From an uncultured Thermodesulfobacteriota bacterium (GTDB lineage: Bacteria; Desulfobacterota; Anaeroferrophillalia; Anaeroferrophillales; Anaeroferrophillaceae): 64,000 nucleotides of DNA. The notes below the pieces were generated by a model. It saw nothing but the letters and a program-made list of their open reading frames with translations. It had not been told where the DNA came from and did not search any database. The translations under genes were made by a program, and so were the position numbers. Below are positions 20,054 through 31,777 of this stretch, in pieces (the stretch's first letter is position 1; every line of letters begins with the position of its first letter). The stretch covers positions 3,747 to 67,746 of the forward strand of contig CAYZIS010000013.1 of the NCBI GenBank assembly GCA_964478545.1. The letters are read 5' to 3'.

Positions 20054-20224
20054 AATTTTTCACTTATTCAGCTGGTTGATCCATTGAAATTATAAATTTT
20101 ACGGCCCTATTTTTAGCCCATTGCCCGGCCATAGTCAAGAAAGCATCCCAATACTTATAAGACTTTAATAGTTGATAAATTGGCCATTATGGTCTAATAA
20201 ATGTCTTTAGGAGGTTCTGTTTTT

Positions 20225-21142
20225 ATGCTTGGGGAAAGAATTTGTCCGCGGGCGGATTTTATCCGCTATCTGTCCGTGGAAAGGCGTTATTCTGAGCATA
20301 CCGTCAGAGCTTATCGTTCCGATCTTGATAGCCTTTACCGATTTCTTATGAATCGTTTTCAGCTGAGTAAAAAATCGGACCAGTGCTGGCGTGAAGTAGA
20401 GGAACAGCATTTAAGGACTTTTTTGCGGGAGCAGCTGCAAAAAACAAGCCGGGCGACGGTCAGCCGGCGCTTGGCAACCATCAGATCATTTTTTTCTTTT
20501 TTGAGGAAGCGTGGATGGAGGCTTGATAATCCGGCTGATTTACTGGTAACTCCCCGGCAGGGTCAGCATCTGCCGGCCTATCTGGAAGTTGACGAAATGA
20601 AGGCGTTGCTGGAAACCATTTCCCCTGATACGGTTTCAGGAAAACGTGATCGGGGGATTATGGAGCTTCTCTATGCTTCCGGGATGCGGGTAGCGGAACT
20701 GACTGCCCTGAATATATCCCAGGTTGATTTTATTTCCCAGGTTGTCAGAGTTATTGGTAAAGGGCGGAAAGAACGGATCATCCCTTTGGGAAGTATGGCT
20801 GAACATTGGCTGAAGGAATATATTGCCGTCAGGATCCCTGCCAGGGAAGGGGATGACGCCCTGTTTCTGAATGTTCGTGGCCGCCGCCTTACCTCCCGTT
20901 CGGTAGCCCGGATGCTGGAAAAATATCTGCGGCAGGCTAAAATTTTCAAACCGTTTTCACCGCATTCTATCCGTCATTCATTTGCAACGCACCTGATGCA
21001 GAATGGGGCGGATTTGAGAAGCATTCAGGAGCTTCTTGGCCATAGCAGCCTTTCCTCTACCCAGAGATATACTCATCTGGATATTAAACGATTGGTGGAA
21101 GTTTATGACCAGGCGCATCCCCTGGCAATGAAGCGGGAATGA
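20225..21142 (+). CDS. xerC: Tyrosine recombinase XerC
   Basis: YSEHTVRAYRSDL, LYASGMRVAEL, GKGRKER, HSIRHSFATH, LGHSSLSSTQRYTH; upstream of hslVU. Confidence 0.9.
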   Translation: MLGERICPRADFIRYLSVERRYSEHTVRAYRSDLDSLYRFLMNRFQLSKKSDQCWREVEEQHLRTFLREQLQKTSRATVSRRLATIRSFFSFLRKRGWRLDNPADLLVTPRQGQHLPAYLEVDEMKALLETISPDTVSGKRDRGIMELLYASGMRVAELTALNISQVDFISQVVRVIGKGRKERIIPLGSMAEHWLKEYIAVRIPAREGDDALFLNVRGRRLTSRSVARMLEKYLRQAKIFKPFSPHSIRHSFATHLMQNGADLRSIQELLGHSSLSSTQRYTHLDIKRLVEVYDQAHPLAMKRE

Positions 21143-21147
21143 TCGTG

Positions 21148-21197
21148 GTGATTCGTTCGGCGCCCAATGCCGCTATGAGCCAAGCCCGAACATCCTG
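21148..21197 (+). repeat. Partial copy of the 36896-37064 element without the palindrome insertion
   Basis: GTGATTCGTTCGGCGCCCAATGCCGC|TATGAGCCAAGCCCGAACATCCTG compared with 36975-37067. Confidence 0.75.
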
Positions 21198-21257
21198 ATA
21201 ATGTATTCGGGTAACAGAAGTCAGAAAGTTGAGTTAACATGAAAAGGAGAATCTTTT

Positions 21258-21806
21258 ATGTTTAAAGGAACAACAATTCTTGCCGTTCGTACTGGCAAGG
21301 AACTGGCGATTGGTGGCGATGGCCAGGTCACCATGGGTGACACAGTGATGAAACATAGAGCCAGAAAAGTCCGCTGGCTTTTTGACCATCAGGTTCTGGC
21401 CGGTTTTGCTGGTTCCACTGCCGATGCTTTTACTCTTTTTGAGCGGTTTGAAGAAAAATTGAACCAGTATAACGGTAATCTGATGCGGGCAGCGGTGGAA
21501 ATGGCCAAGGACTGGCGGATGGATAAGATGCTTCGTCGCTTGGAAGCGTTGTTGATTGTTGGCAATGAGGAGTATACCTTGGTATTGTCAGGAAATGGTG
21601 ATGTCATTGAGCCGGATGATCATGTGGTGGGTATTGGTTCAGGCGCACCCTACGCGGAGGCCGCTGCCAAAGCCCTGGTCAAACATACAGAGCTTCCCGC
21701 TACTGAAATCGTTAAAGAAGCGCTGTCCATAGCTTCAACAATTTGTATCTATACCAATAACCAATTTACCATTGAAAAATTGGTTGATGGTGAGGAGGAG
21801 AAATAA
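21258..21806 (+). CDS. hslV: ATP-dependent protease subunit HslV
   Basis: [32 protein letters not shown]. Confidence 0.98.
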   Translation: MFKGTTILAVRTGKELAIGGDGQVTMGDTVMKHRARKVRWLFDHQVLAGFAGSTADAFTLFERFEEKLNQYNGNLMRAAVEMAKDWRMDKMLRRLEALLIVGNEEYTLVLSGNGDVIEPDDHVVGIGSGAPYAEAAAKALVKHTELPATEIVKEALSIASTICIYTNNQFTIEKLVDGEEEK

Positions 21807-21809
21807 TTC

Positions 21810-23204
21810 ATGTCAACGTTAACACCCCGTGAAATTGTCGCCGAGTTGGATAAATACGTGGTTGGTCAGAATGATGCCAAACGGGCGGTGGCTATAGCCC
21901 TGCGCAATCGCTGGCGGCGCCAGCAGGTCCCGGGCGAGCTGCGTGATGAGATAGCCCCGAAAAATATTATCATGATTGGTCCCACCGGGGTCGGTAAGAC
22001 CGAAATTGCCCGCCGGTTGGCAAAACTGGCCCATTCACCGTTCATTAAAGTGGAGGCTTCGAAATTTACTGAAGTTGGTTATGTGGGCCGCGACGTGGAA
22101 TCCATGGTCAGGGATTTGACGGAACTGGCAGTCACCATGGTCAGGGCTGAGGAGGCTGAAAATGTCCAGGGCAAGGCCCGGATGGTTGCCGAAGAGCGTC
22201 TTCTTGATATCCTCCTGCCGGCGCCGGTGCAATCTCCTCCTGTTTCTGAACCTGCAGCTAGTGATGATGTTAGTGAAATTGAAACTGCTGAAGTTATTAT
22301 TCTGCCGCCGGAAGCCGAACCACAAAAAAAGACCCGGGAAAAACTGCGGCAGCTTTTCCGTTCTGGTAAACTGGATGAACGCCTGGTGGACATAGAAATA
22401 ACCGAGCGTTCGACTCCGGTGGTGGAAATTTTTTCTGCTGCCGGGATGGAGGAAATGGATATTAATCTGCGGGATATGTTTGAAAATATCATGCCGCAGA
22501 AAACCCGGAAGAAAAAGATGAAGGTCCCTGAGGCTTATGAATTCCTGGTGGAGCAGGAAGCCCAGCGGATGGTTGATATGGATAAAGTGGTGACCGAAGC
22601 CAAGCGGCGGGTGGCCCAACACGGGATTGTTTTTCTCGATGAGATAGATAAGGTAGTTGGCCGTGAAAGCAGTACTGGTCCCGATGTTTCCCGTGAGGGG
22701 GTCCAGCGGGATTTATTGCCCATTGTTGAAGGATCATCGGTGAATACCAAATATGGGATTATTAAAACCGATCATATTCTTTTTGTGGCAGCCGGGGCTT
22801 TTCACGCCGTTAAGCCTTCTGATTTGATTCCCGAGTTGCAGGGTCGGTTTCCGATCCGGGTAGAGCTGGATTCATTGGGAAAGGAGGATTTTGTCAAAAT
22901 CCTTAAAGAACCGCGTAATGCCCTGATTACCCAGTATGTGGAATTAATGAAAACCGAAGGTGTGCAGCTGAAAATTGCCGATGATGCCATTGAAGAAATT
23001 GCTGAAATTGCCTGTTATGTCAATGAACACCATGAAAATATCGGTGCCCGGCGACTGCATACTATCTTGGAACGTCTTCTGGATGAAGTATCGTTCAATG
23101 CTTCTGAAATGAAAGGTGTCAAGGTTTCTATCGATGCCAAGGAGGTTAAACGAAAGCTTGAAGATATAGCTGAGGATGAGGATCTCAGTCGCTATATTCT
23201 TTAA
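21810..23204 (+). CDS. hslU: ATP-dependent protease ATPase subunit HslU
   Basis: [40 protein letters not shown]. Confidence 0.98.
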   Translation: MSTLTPREIVAELDKYVVGQNDAKRAVAIALRNRWRRQQVPGELRDEIAPKNIIMIGPTGVGKTEIARRLAKLAHSPFIKVEASKFTEVGYVGRDVESMVRDLTELAVTMVRAEEAENVQGKARMVAEERLLDILLPAPVQSPPVSEPAASDDVSEIETAEVIILPPEAEPQKKTREKLRQLFRSGKLDERLVDIEITERSTPVVEIFSAAGMEEMDINLRDMFENIMPQKTRKKKMKVPEAYEFLVEQEAQRMVDMDKVVTEAKRRVAQHGIVFLDEIDKVVGRESSTGPDVSREGVQRDLLPIVEGSSVNTKYGIIKTDHILFVAAGAFHAVKPSDLIPELQGRFPIRVELDSLGKEDFVKILKEPRNALITQYVELMKTEGVQLKIADDAIEEIAEIACYVNEHHENIGARRLHTILERLLDEVSFNASEMKGVKVSIDAKEVKRKLEDIAEDEDLSRYIL

Positions 23205-23309
23205 AAAGCGCTTTCACCCCGTATACTGTGGGCACACATCTGGAAAACTAAGTAATTGTTCCAGGTGATATCTTTAGGCATTTGCTCCATAAGCCTGAGA
23301 TATCGATAA

Positions 23310-24311
<1,002 letters not shown>

Positions 24312-24324
24312 GGTCCCTTGCATT

Positions 24325-25491
24325 ATGTCTGTTTTTTCCCAATCCGGCACGTTGCTCATTCCCTGTGCCAAAGGTATTCCACCATTTTTATCCGCGGAGC
24401 TGAAACAGCTTGGATTTCCGGTTGTGGCTGAATCCGTTGCCAGTGTTTCGACCCGGGGTACGCTGGTGGATGCCATGCGCCTCAATCTCCATTGCCGTAC
24501 TGGCCAGCGGGTTCTTTTCCAGCTTGAATCATTGGAATGTCCAACTCAGAACGAACTCTTTTCATTGCTTGCCCGCATTCCGTGGGAGATATATATCCCC
24601 GCTGACGGCTACCTGTCGGTTACCTCGGTAGTGGAGCATCCGTCTGTGCGCGACCGGCGTTTTATCAACCAGAAAACCAAGGATGTTATTGTTGATCGGA
24701 TTCGCCGGTTGATGGGGCGCCGTCCGGATTCCGGTCCTCGGCGGCATGGGGTAGTTGTCCATGTTTTCTGGAAGCAAAACCAGTGTGGGATTTATTTGGA
24801 TACGTCTGGTGAATCCCTGGCGCGCCGGGGTTATCGCCAGGAAGGGGGATCTGCACCTTTGCAGGAAACCCTGGCGGCGGTAGTGGTTCAGGAAGTTGAT
24901 TGGGATGGGACCGGTTCTTTCCTGAATCCCATGTGTGGCAGTGGGACGCTGGCCATCGAAGCGGCATTGAAAACTCTTAATGCCCCTCCAGGCCTGCAGC
25001 GTCAGAATTTTGCTTTCATGCATCTTTTGGATTTTCCCCGGTCGACCTGGCAGCGATTGAAACAGGAAGCCCGCATGCAGGTGAAGCATTCACTGCCTGG
25101 ACGCATCATTGCCTCGGATCGTAATCCGGCGGTGGTAAAAATGGCCAGAAATAATGCTAAACGGGCCGGGGTTGAGTCTTTGATTGAATTCGGGGTGGGT
25201 GACTTTGCTCAAATTTTGGTTCCGGCGGGGGGTGGGGTTGTTGTCCTTAATCCGGAATATGGCGAACGCCTGGGTGAGTTGCATGAATTAACCGCCACGT
25301 ATCATCGTATTGGTGACTTTTTTAAACAGCAATGTACCGGTTTCCGGGGTTTTATTCTTACCGGTAACCGGGAGCTGGCTAAAAAAGTGGGGTTGAAAGC
25401 CTCCCGAAAAATTCCATTGTATAACGGACCAATTGAGTGCCGTTTGCTGGAGTATGAAATATACGCCGGCAGTCAGCGGAAAACCGTCTGA
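24325..25491 (+). CDS. THUMP-domain class I RNA methyltransferase (RlmL/YpsC-like)
   Basis: GESLARRGYR, APLQETLAA, NPMCGSGTLAIE, NPEYGERL. Confidence 0.88.
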   Translation: MSVFSQSGTLLIPCAKGIPPFLSAELKQLGFPVVAESVASVSTRGTLVDAMRLNLHCRTGQRVLFQLESLECPTQNELFSLLARIPWEIYIPADGYLSVTSVVEHPSVRDRRFINQKTKDVIVDRIRRLMGRRPDSGPRRHGVVVHVFWKQNQCGIYLDTSGESLARRGYRQEGGSAPLQETLAAVVVQEVDWDGTGSFLNPMCGSGTLAIEAALKTLNAPPGLQRQNFAFMHLLDFPRSTWQRLKQEARMQVKHSLPGRIIASDRNPAVVKMARNNAKRAGVESLIEFGVGDFAQILVPAGGGVVVLNPEYGERLGELHELTATYHRIGDFFKQQCTGFRGFILTGNRELAKKVGLKASRKIPLYNGPIECRLLEYEIYAGSQRKTV

Positions 25492-25531
25492 TTCTCTTCT
25501 CCTTTCCTCCCCATCATCTTTCAAATTCTCT

Positions 25532-25558
25532 TAAACTTTACCTCTTTTTAGCCGAATA
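25532..25558 (+). promoter_or_regulatory. sigma-28-like promoter of the SPFH gene
   Basis: TAAA-N15-GCCGAATA. Confidence 0.55.
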
Positions 25559-25668
25559 GGGAAAAATAAGCTTTGTTCTTGATGATGCCGGGACATCACC
25601 TGTAATCGTCACAAAATATGGAAGCGCTGGAAAAGAGATCACTTCCAGCGGTGAAAGGAAGAGAGAAC

Positions 25669-26796
25669 ATGGGAACTGACAATCTGATTTTTCTGGAAGT
25701 TATAGAGTGGTTTGATGACAGTGGCCAGGAACTGGTCCATCGTATTCCTGAACAGGGTTCGGGGGAGTTGAAATTTGGCTCCCAGCTCATTGTCCGCGAT
25801 AGCCAGGCCGCCGTCTTCTTCTACCAGGGCAAAGCCTATGACGCCATTGGCCCGGGCCGTCATACCCTGTCAACCCACAATCTGCCAGTGTTGACTAAGG
25901 TCTTGAGTCTGCCATGGGGCTTCAGCAGTCCGTTTCGGGCTGAAGTCTATTTTGTCAATCTGAAAGTTTTTCCCAATCTGAAATGGGGTACCCGGGATCC
26001 GGTGGCCTTCAAGGATTCCAGCCTTGGGTTGGTGCGCCTGCGGGCCTTCGGGGTCTTCAATATCCAGGTTGTCCAGCCGATTTTGTTTATCAACCGTCTG
26101 GTGGGAACCCAGGGAGTTTATACCACCGAAAGCATCGAGGAATATTTGAACCGGGTTATTGTTTCGCGATTTAATGATTTGTTGGGAGAGGAGCTGGACA
26201 GTATCCTCGATCTGCCCGGCTGCTACGAATCCCTCTCGGAAAAACTGCGGCAGCGTCTTGAAGATGATTTCGGCCGTTTTGGCCTTGGTCTGACTGCTCT
26301 TTATACTAATGCCATCACGCCGCCTCCTGAAGTACAGCAGGCTATTGATGACCGGGGGCGCTTGTCCATGTTCAATGATATGAACCGGTTGATGCAGATG
26401 AAGGCGGCCATGGCCATGGAGAAGATGCCCGAGTCTGGCGGCGATGCCGGTTCCGGGATGGGTGTCGGTCTGGGGCTGATGATGCCGGCCATGTTCAGCA
26501 ACCTGATGAAACCTGCTGGAAATGAAAGCCAGGTTGATGCATCATTATCGTATCACTGTCCTGAGTGCCATGTTCCGGTGGCAAAAGATGCTCGTTTCTG
26601 CCCGGCTTGCGGTCACCAGCTGCTGGTTATCAGCCAGTGTGTTCATTGCGGTAAAAACCTGCCGCCGAATGCCAAATTCTGTCCCCGGTGTGGAACCCCG
26701 GTGGAACAGAAATCAGAAAGCATTATTTGTCCTTCCTGTGGGACGGAGAATCTCCCTGATGCCCATTTCTGCAACCAGTGTGGTGGAAAACTCTAA
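25669..26796 (+). CDS. SPFH/band-7 (YdjI-like) protein with C-terminal multiple zinc ribbons
   Basis: GSQLIVRDSQAAVF, KWGTRDPV, five to six CxxC/FCxxCG pairs at the C-terminus. Confidence 0.85.
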   Translation: MGTDNLIFLEVIEWFDDSGQELVHRIPEQGSGELKFGSQLIVRDSQAAVFFYQGKAYDAIGPGRHTLSTHNLPVLTKVLSLPWGFSSPFRAEVYFVNLKVFPNLKWGTRDPVAFKDSSLGLVRLRAFGVFNIQVVQPILFINRLVGTQGVYTTESIEEYLNRVIVSRFNDLLGEELDSILDLPGCYESLSEKLRQRLEDDFGRFGLGLTALYTNAITPPPEVQQAIDDRGRLSMFNDMNRLMQMKAAMAMEKMPESGGDAGSGMGVGLGLMMPAMFSNLMKPAGNESQVDASLSYHCPECHVPVAKDARFCPACGHQLLVISQCVHCGKNLPPNAKFCPRCGTPVEQKSESIICPSCGTENLPDAHFCNQCGGKL

Positions 26797-28035
26797 ATGA
26801 CTGGCTTGCGGGTTGAACACCAGTGCCCCCAGTGTGGAGCACCGGTAACCCTGGAAGAAAGTGACCGTCTTTTTATCTGTCCTTATTGCCGGGTGCGTCT
26901 TTACCTGACAACGTCGGGAGCCTGCCGTTATTACCTTCCTCCTGCTGACCGGGATAAAGATGAAATCTTTTATGTTCCCTACTGGCGGGCAAAGGGCATG
27001 TTGTTTTCTTCCCGGGGGCATCAGATAGCTAAACGTCTTCTGGATACCAGTATCCGCGCTGTTGAGATTCAGGGATTTCCCCAAAGTCTGGGATTTCGTC
27101 CCCAAAGTCTTCCCCTTCATTTTGTTACCCCTGAAGTTTCCGGCCGTTTCCTGGCGGTGGAAAATCCTTTAAAAACCTCTGTGCAGGCCCTTTATCAGCG
27201 ACGCCTGGCTGCCGGGTCTGAGGAAATGGATTTCAGCGCCTTTATCGGTGAGGAATGTTCGCTGATTTACGCGCCGGTAAAACGGGTTGGTGAAAATTAC
27301 TTTCAGGATGCTATTGATAACAAGAAACTGCCGGGAATATCAGCTGCCATATTGGATGACCGCCTGCAAAAGGAGCCGCTTGCAGACAGTGAGCTTTCCT
27401 TTGTTCCTGCCCTTTGTCCTGCCTGCGGCTGGGATTTGAAAGGTGAGCGCGACAGCCTGGTGCTTCTTTGCGCCAATTGCCATACAGCCTGGAAAGCTTC
27501 ACTTGCAGGGTTGCAACCGGTTTTAGCATCGGTATTCCCCCCAGAGGACAAACAGGAGATATTGCAGATTCCTTTCTGGCGGCTGCAGGTGGAAATCGAT
27601 GGGTTGGAGATTCATTCCTATGCTGATCTTGTTCGCCAGGCTAACCTGCCGAAAATGATTGAACCGGCCTGGAATAAGCAGCCGGCTTCTTTCTGGGTGC
27701 CGGCCTTCAAGATTCAGCCCCGTCTCTTCCTGCGTCTGGCTAAAAATATGACAATTATTCAGCCTTCGGAAGAGCCTGAATGCCATATTGATGCTTCGAC
27801 TTTTTATCCGGTGACCATGACCGCAAACGAGGCGGGCGAAAGCCTGGCTGTTTTGCTGGCCACCATGATCCTGCCACGGCAGCGGATTTTCCCCTTGCTG
27901 CCGCATCTTCATATCACTCTCCGGGATGCCCGGCTTATGTTCTGGCCCTTCAAGTTGCAGGGACCGGACATTATTGAGCCCCACAGCGGCATGGCTTTGA
28001 ACCGTAATGCCCTGCGTTGGGGTCGTTCCATCTGA
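26797..28035 (+). CDS. Zinc-ribbon-containing hypothetical protein coupled to the SPFH gene
   Basis: CPQCGAPV...CPYC, CPACGWDL...CANC, VPYWR and IPFWR motifs. Confidence 0.7.
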   Translation: MTGLRVEHQCPQCGAPVTLEESDRLFICPYCRVRLYLTTSGACRYYLPPADRDKDEIFYVPYWRAKGMLFSSRGHQIAKRLLDTSIRAVEIQGFPQSLGFRPQSLPLHFVTPEVSGRFLAVENPLKTSVQALYQRRLAAGSEEMDFSAFIGEECSLIYAPVKRVGENYFQDAIDNKKLPGISAAILDDRLQKEPLADSELSFVPALCPACGWDLKGERDSLVLLCANCHTAWKASLAGLQPVLASVFPPEDKQEILQIPFWRLQVEIDGLEIHSYADLVRQANLPKMIEPAWNKQPASFWVPAFKIQPRLFLRLAKNMTIIQPSEEPECHIDASTFYPVTMTANEAGESLAVLLATMILPRQRIFPLLPHLHITLRDARLMFWPFKLQGPDIIEPHSGMALNRNALRWGRSI

Positions 28036-28076
28036 AACACACGGTATTTTTCTTCCTCGGCCAGGGAATAATCTTA

Positions 28077-28254
28077 GGGTTTGCTCAAAAATAAATTTGT
28101 AGAATTGGCGTTCAGATTTGAATTGGATTTGTGCGATTCGATTGAACAAAATCGCAGGAATAGCAAGCTATTTTGAGGATTTTATGAATGAGGATCGTGC
28201 ATAGACAGCCTGAAGATGAGATGCCAAAATGTGAAGTTGTTTTTGAGCAAACCT
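28077..28254. mobile_element. 178-bp MITE with about 19-bp terminal inverted repeats and a TTA target duplication
   Basis: TTA|GGGTTTGCTCAAAAATAA...TTGTTTTTGAGCAAACCT|TTA; the right TTA is the rlpA stop codon. Confidence 0.8.
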
Positions 28255-28908
28255 TTAATCCAGTTGTACGGTTTCTACCCGGACCCGGGCGGTTCCTTTA
28301 ACATAAAACCCCAGTTGTTTGCTGGCACTGGTGCTTAAATCAATGATCCGACCTTTGACAAATGGTCCCCGGTCGTTGACCCGGACAATCATCGACCGGC
28401 CGTTTTCCAGGTTGGTAACCCGGACATGGGTAGGCAATGGAAGCAGTTTATGGGCGGCAGTAGGCTTCCCGGGATCAAAGGCTTCCCCGTTGGCGGTCAT
28501 GTGACCACCCTTTTGCCGGCGGGTTTCATTGCCGTACCAGGAAGCGGTCCCTTCTTCCCTGTAGGATTGTGCTGCTTTCACCGACATGGGATGATAACGA
28601 TGACCGTAGACGGTGTAGGATGAATTTTTGACCCGTCCCTGGCGAATAGCTTCCTTGGGGGAAAGGCCGTCGATGGTTTCCAGATCGTGGGTCATGGGCC
28701 AGTTGCCGGGGGCGCTGACCACATTGAAAGTGTATTTCCCCAGCCGATAGGTTGTTCTGATGGTTCCTCCGGCCAGGTCAGCGGCCAGATCGACCGCCTT
28801 GCAGGTCGTGCGGATGGTCCCTTTGGTGATATGATAGGTGTTGTGCACTGGGCTGCAGGCAGAACACAGGAGACTAAAAAGTATAAAGATAAAAATAAAA
28901 AATTTCAT
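28255..28908 (-). CDS. rlpA: Septal ring lytic transglycosylase RlpA family lipoprotein
   Basis: Lipobox LCSAC; GTASWYG, TANGEAF, TAAHKLLP, RVNDRGPF, RIIDLS. Confidence 0.93.
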   Translation of the reverse strand: MKFFIFIFILFSLLCSACSPVHNTYHITKGTIRTTCKAVDLAADLAGGTIRTTYRLGKYTFNVVSAPGNWPMTHDLETIDGLSPKEAIRQGRVKNSSYTVYGHRYHPMSVKAAQSYREEGTASWYGNETRRQKGGHMTANGEAFDPGKPTAAHKLLPLPTHVRVTNLENGRSMIVRVNDRGPFVKGRIIDLSTSASKQLGFYVKGTARVRVETVQLD

Positions 28909-29140
28909 GTGCCAGTGTTTACCGTGGGGGGAAAAGGAAGTGTTGCTCTACCAATTTTTGTCTTCAAAAGCTTCATTTTTCCCCTCTGGAATCAACATCA
29001 CTTGCCATTGACTAGACATTCTGTTATGGCAGGATACCATAATGACTTTGTCTCTGTCCAGTCTGGTTTGACTGTTCTGTCATGATCTGGGATGTCCTAA
29101 AGGCCAGATCTGGCCGCCATGCAGCCTGAAGAGGTTACGG

Positions 29141-29296
29141 CCCAAGGTAAGTGATTAGCCATTAACGTTTAGCCTTGTAAAATCAAGATGTTTCGTCAAA
29201 TATAAGCAACATCCAACGGGAAAAGTTTGCAATAATTTCATCCTCTCATTATTAAGCTAAGAGCTGACAGCTGATAGCTAACAGCTCAATTCAGGT
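29141..29296. mobile_element. About 155-bp heptamer-armed dispersed element, copy B
   Basis: Colinear with 36701-36867, e.g. CGTTTAGC..AAAATCAAGA and GCTAAnAGCTCAATTnAGG. Confidence 0.7.
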
Positions 29297-29302
29297 ATTA
29301 TT

Positions 29303-31282
29303 ATGATTAGTGTTACTAATTTGTCCAAATCCTATGGCAGCCAGCTGCTTTTTGCCGGGGTGAATCTCCGTTTTGATCCAGGGAAACGCTACGGGATTGT
29401 CGGGGGTAACGGTTCCGGAAAATCCACCTTTCTGCGTCTTTTGAGTGGCCTGGAAACCGCCGATCAGGGCGATATATCCCTGCCCGGCCGGGTAGTTGTC
29501 GGCTCTGTCAACCAGGATCATTTTGCTTTTGAGACGATGCCAATCCTGAAAGTGGTGTTGGACGGTCGTCCCGATCTAGCCGCCGCCCTGGCTGAAAAAG
29601 AAGATTTGCTGCAGCAAAAAGAACCCTCGGCTGAGCGCCTGATTGAAGTGGAAGAACTTATTGCCCACCATGACGGTTATCAGGCGGAAAGCCGGATTGC
29701 CGCTATGCTTGAAGGCTTGGGGATCCCGGCTGAAAAACATTTTCAGCCCATGAGGGTTCTGTCCGGGGGTTATAAACTGCGGGTGCTGCTGGCCCAGTGT
29801 CTTTTCGGTGAACCTGATGTCCTCCTGTTGGATGAACCCACCAACCATTTGGATATCCTTTCCATCCGCTGGCTGGAAGAATATCTTGCTACCTATCGGG
29901 GTGTGACGCTGGTGGTTTCCCATGATCGGCGGTTCCTCAATACAATCAGTACGCACATTGTTGATATTGATTACGGAACCATGAAAATGTATGTGGGTAA
30001 TTACGATCGTTTCCTGGAAGCCAAGGAACAAGAGGATGTCATGCGTCGCCAGGAAGCAGCCCGGGCGGAAAAGCGCATTGGCGAGCTGCAGCATTTTGTT
30101 ACCCGGTTCAAGGGCAAGGCCACCAAGGCCCGTCAGGCCCAGAGCAAGGTCAAACAGATTGAACGACTGGGGAAAAACCTTGAAGCGCCGGTCTATAGTT
30201 CCCGTGCCTGGCCAACCATTGCCTTCAGCAGCCGGAGGCCATCGGGTAAGACTGTTCTGGAAGTCAATGGACTTAGCAAATCATTTGGTCCTGTATCGGT
30301 GCTTGACAAGGTCAATTTCACCGTCTATCGCCAAGATAAAATTGCCATCATCGGTCCAAACGGGGTTGGAAAGTCAACTTTGCTGAAAATCCTGATGGGC
30401 GAACTGGAAGCGGATGCCGGTTCCTTTGCGTGGGGTTATGAAACCTACCCGGAGTATTTTTCCCAGGATCATCATGAATCAATTCCGGCCAATACCACTC
30501 CCTACGAGTTCTTGTACAGCGTTGATCCCGGGGCTTCCATCGGCACCATTAGAGGATTGCTGGGCAACTTTCTTTTTTCTGGTGACGATGTGCATAAAAA
30601 TACTGCCGCCCTTTCCGGTGGTGAAGCTGCCCGCCTGCTGTTGGCTAAAATGGTATTGCAGAAGCCGAACGTGATGGTCTTGGATGAACCCAGCAATCAT
30701 CTGGATATGGAATCCATCGAATCTTTTACCCGGGCACTGGAGAATTATGATGGCAGCGTCCTGCTGGTCAGTCATAATCGTTATCTGGTTGGCCGGGTTG
30801 CTACCAGGGTGCTGGAACTAAAACCTCGGAGTATGGAGATGTTTGATGGCAGCTACCGGGAATTTCTGGAAAAAGTAGGTGTTGATCACCTGTCCTCCCG
30901 GGTTGATCTGGCCGGAGGTAAAGCAAAGAAGGTAAAGTCAACTCCAAGCTATCGTGAGGCTAAGGAGCAAAAGAAAATCGCTGCGGCCAAACGTCAGGCC
31001 TACAGCCGGGAAGTTAAACCTTTGCTGTTGGAAAGCCGCCAGCTGGAGGAGAAAATTTCCCAGCTTGAAGGTGAAATTACCGCGATTAAAAACATTTTTG
31101 CCGATCCCGATTATTTTCAGCAGACCAGTGCGGAGGAAGTGTGGCGGCAGGAAAGCAAGAAGCAGAAGCTGGAAGCCCAGTTGGCGGACTTCTATGAGCA
31201 ATGGGAAAAATACAGTCTGGAGATTGAGGCCCTGGAGGAAGAGCGTGGGTTGACGGTGGAGAAGTCAGCGGCCGGAAGCTGA
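29303..31282 (+). CDS. ABC-F family ATP-binding protein
   Basis: Two ABC domains (GGNGSGKST/LLDEPTNHLD and GPNGVGKST/LDEPSNHLD), PtIM-like linker, C-terminal coiled coil, no TM segments. Confidence 0.95.
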   Translation: MISVTNLSKSYGSQLLFAGVNLRFDPGKRYGIVGGNGSGKSTFLRLLSGLETADQGDISLPGRVVVGSVNQDHFAFETMPILKVVLDGRPDLAAALAEKEDLLQQKEPSAERLIEVEELIAHHDGYQAESRIAAMLEGLGIPAEKHFQPMRVLSGGYKLRVLLAQCLFGEPDVLLLDEPTNHLDILSIRWLEEYLATYRGVTLVVSHDRRFLNTISTHIVDIDYGTMKMYVGNYDRFLEAKEQEDVMRRQEAARAEKRIGELQHFVTRFKGKATKARQAQSKVKQIERLGKNLEAPVYSSRAWPTIAFSSRRPSGKTVLEVNGLSKSFGPVSVLDKVNFTVYRQDKIAIIGPNGVGKSTLLKILMGELEADAGSFAWGYETYPEYFSQDHHESIPANTTPYEFLYSVDPGASIGTIRGLLGNFLFSGDDVHKNTAALSGGEAARLLLAKMVLQKPNVMVLDEPSNHLDMESIESFTRALENYDGSVLLVSHNRYLVGRVATRVLELKPRSMEMFDGSYREFLEKVGVDHLSSRVDLAGGKAKKVKSTPSYREAKEQKKIAAAKRQAYSREVKPLLLESRQLEEKISQLEGEITAIKNIFADPDYFQQTSAEEVWRQESKKQKLEAQLADFYEQWEKYSLEIEALEEERGLTVEKSAAGS

Positions 31283-31777
31283 TTGTCCGGCTACGCTCAC
31301 CTTCCGTCTGGCTTCATAGAGAATAATGCCGGCGGAATTGGAGAGATTTAAACTGCGGACTATCCCTTCTTCTATGGGAATCCTGATTGTCCAAGCTTTC
31401 TGCTCGATCAGCAGTGTTTCCGGCAGGCCCATGGTTTCTTTGCCAAAAACCAGGAAATCTCCCGGTTTAAAATCCGCATCGATATAGCTTTTTTGAGCTT
31501 TTTTGGACGTGTACCAATATCGTCCGTTGGGATAGGTCTGCTGTAGGTCCGAAAGGGTTTCCCATTGCCTGATATCCACTGCCGGCCAATAGTCCAGCCC
31601 GGCTCGTTTCAGCTGTCGATTATCCAGGGAAAAACCCAGCTTCCCCACCAAATGCAAAGTGGTGCCGGTGGCGGCACATAAACGGGCGATATTGCCGGTA
31701 TTGGGGGGGATTTCCGGCTCCACCAGGACAATATGAAAGGGAGTGGCAGTCTTTGCCGGGTGATCTTCAGTTTCCAT
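31265..31777 (-). CDS. trmL: tRNA (cytidine(34)-2'-O)-methyltransferase
   Basis: EPEIPPNTGNIARLC, KRAGLDYW, FGKETMGLP, RSLNLSN. Confidence 0.95.
   Translation of the reverse strand: METEDHPAKTATPFHIVLVEPEIPPNTGNIARLCAATGTTLHLVGKLGFSLDNRQLKRAGLDYWPAVDIRQWETLSDLQQTYPNGRYWYTSKKAQKSYIDADFKPGDFLVFGKETMGLPETLLIEQKAWTIRIPIEEGIVRSLNLSNSAGIILYEARRKVSVAGQSASGR

Noticed and set aside
25250-25270. NPEY instead of NPPY in the THUMP methyltransferase
   Set aside because: A single substitution in an otherwise intact motif set; no grounds to infer an altered function.
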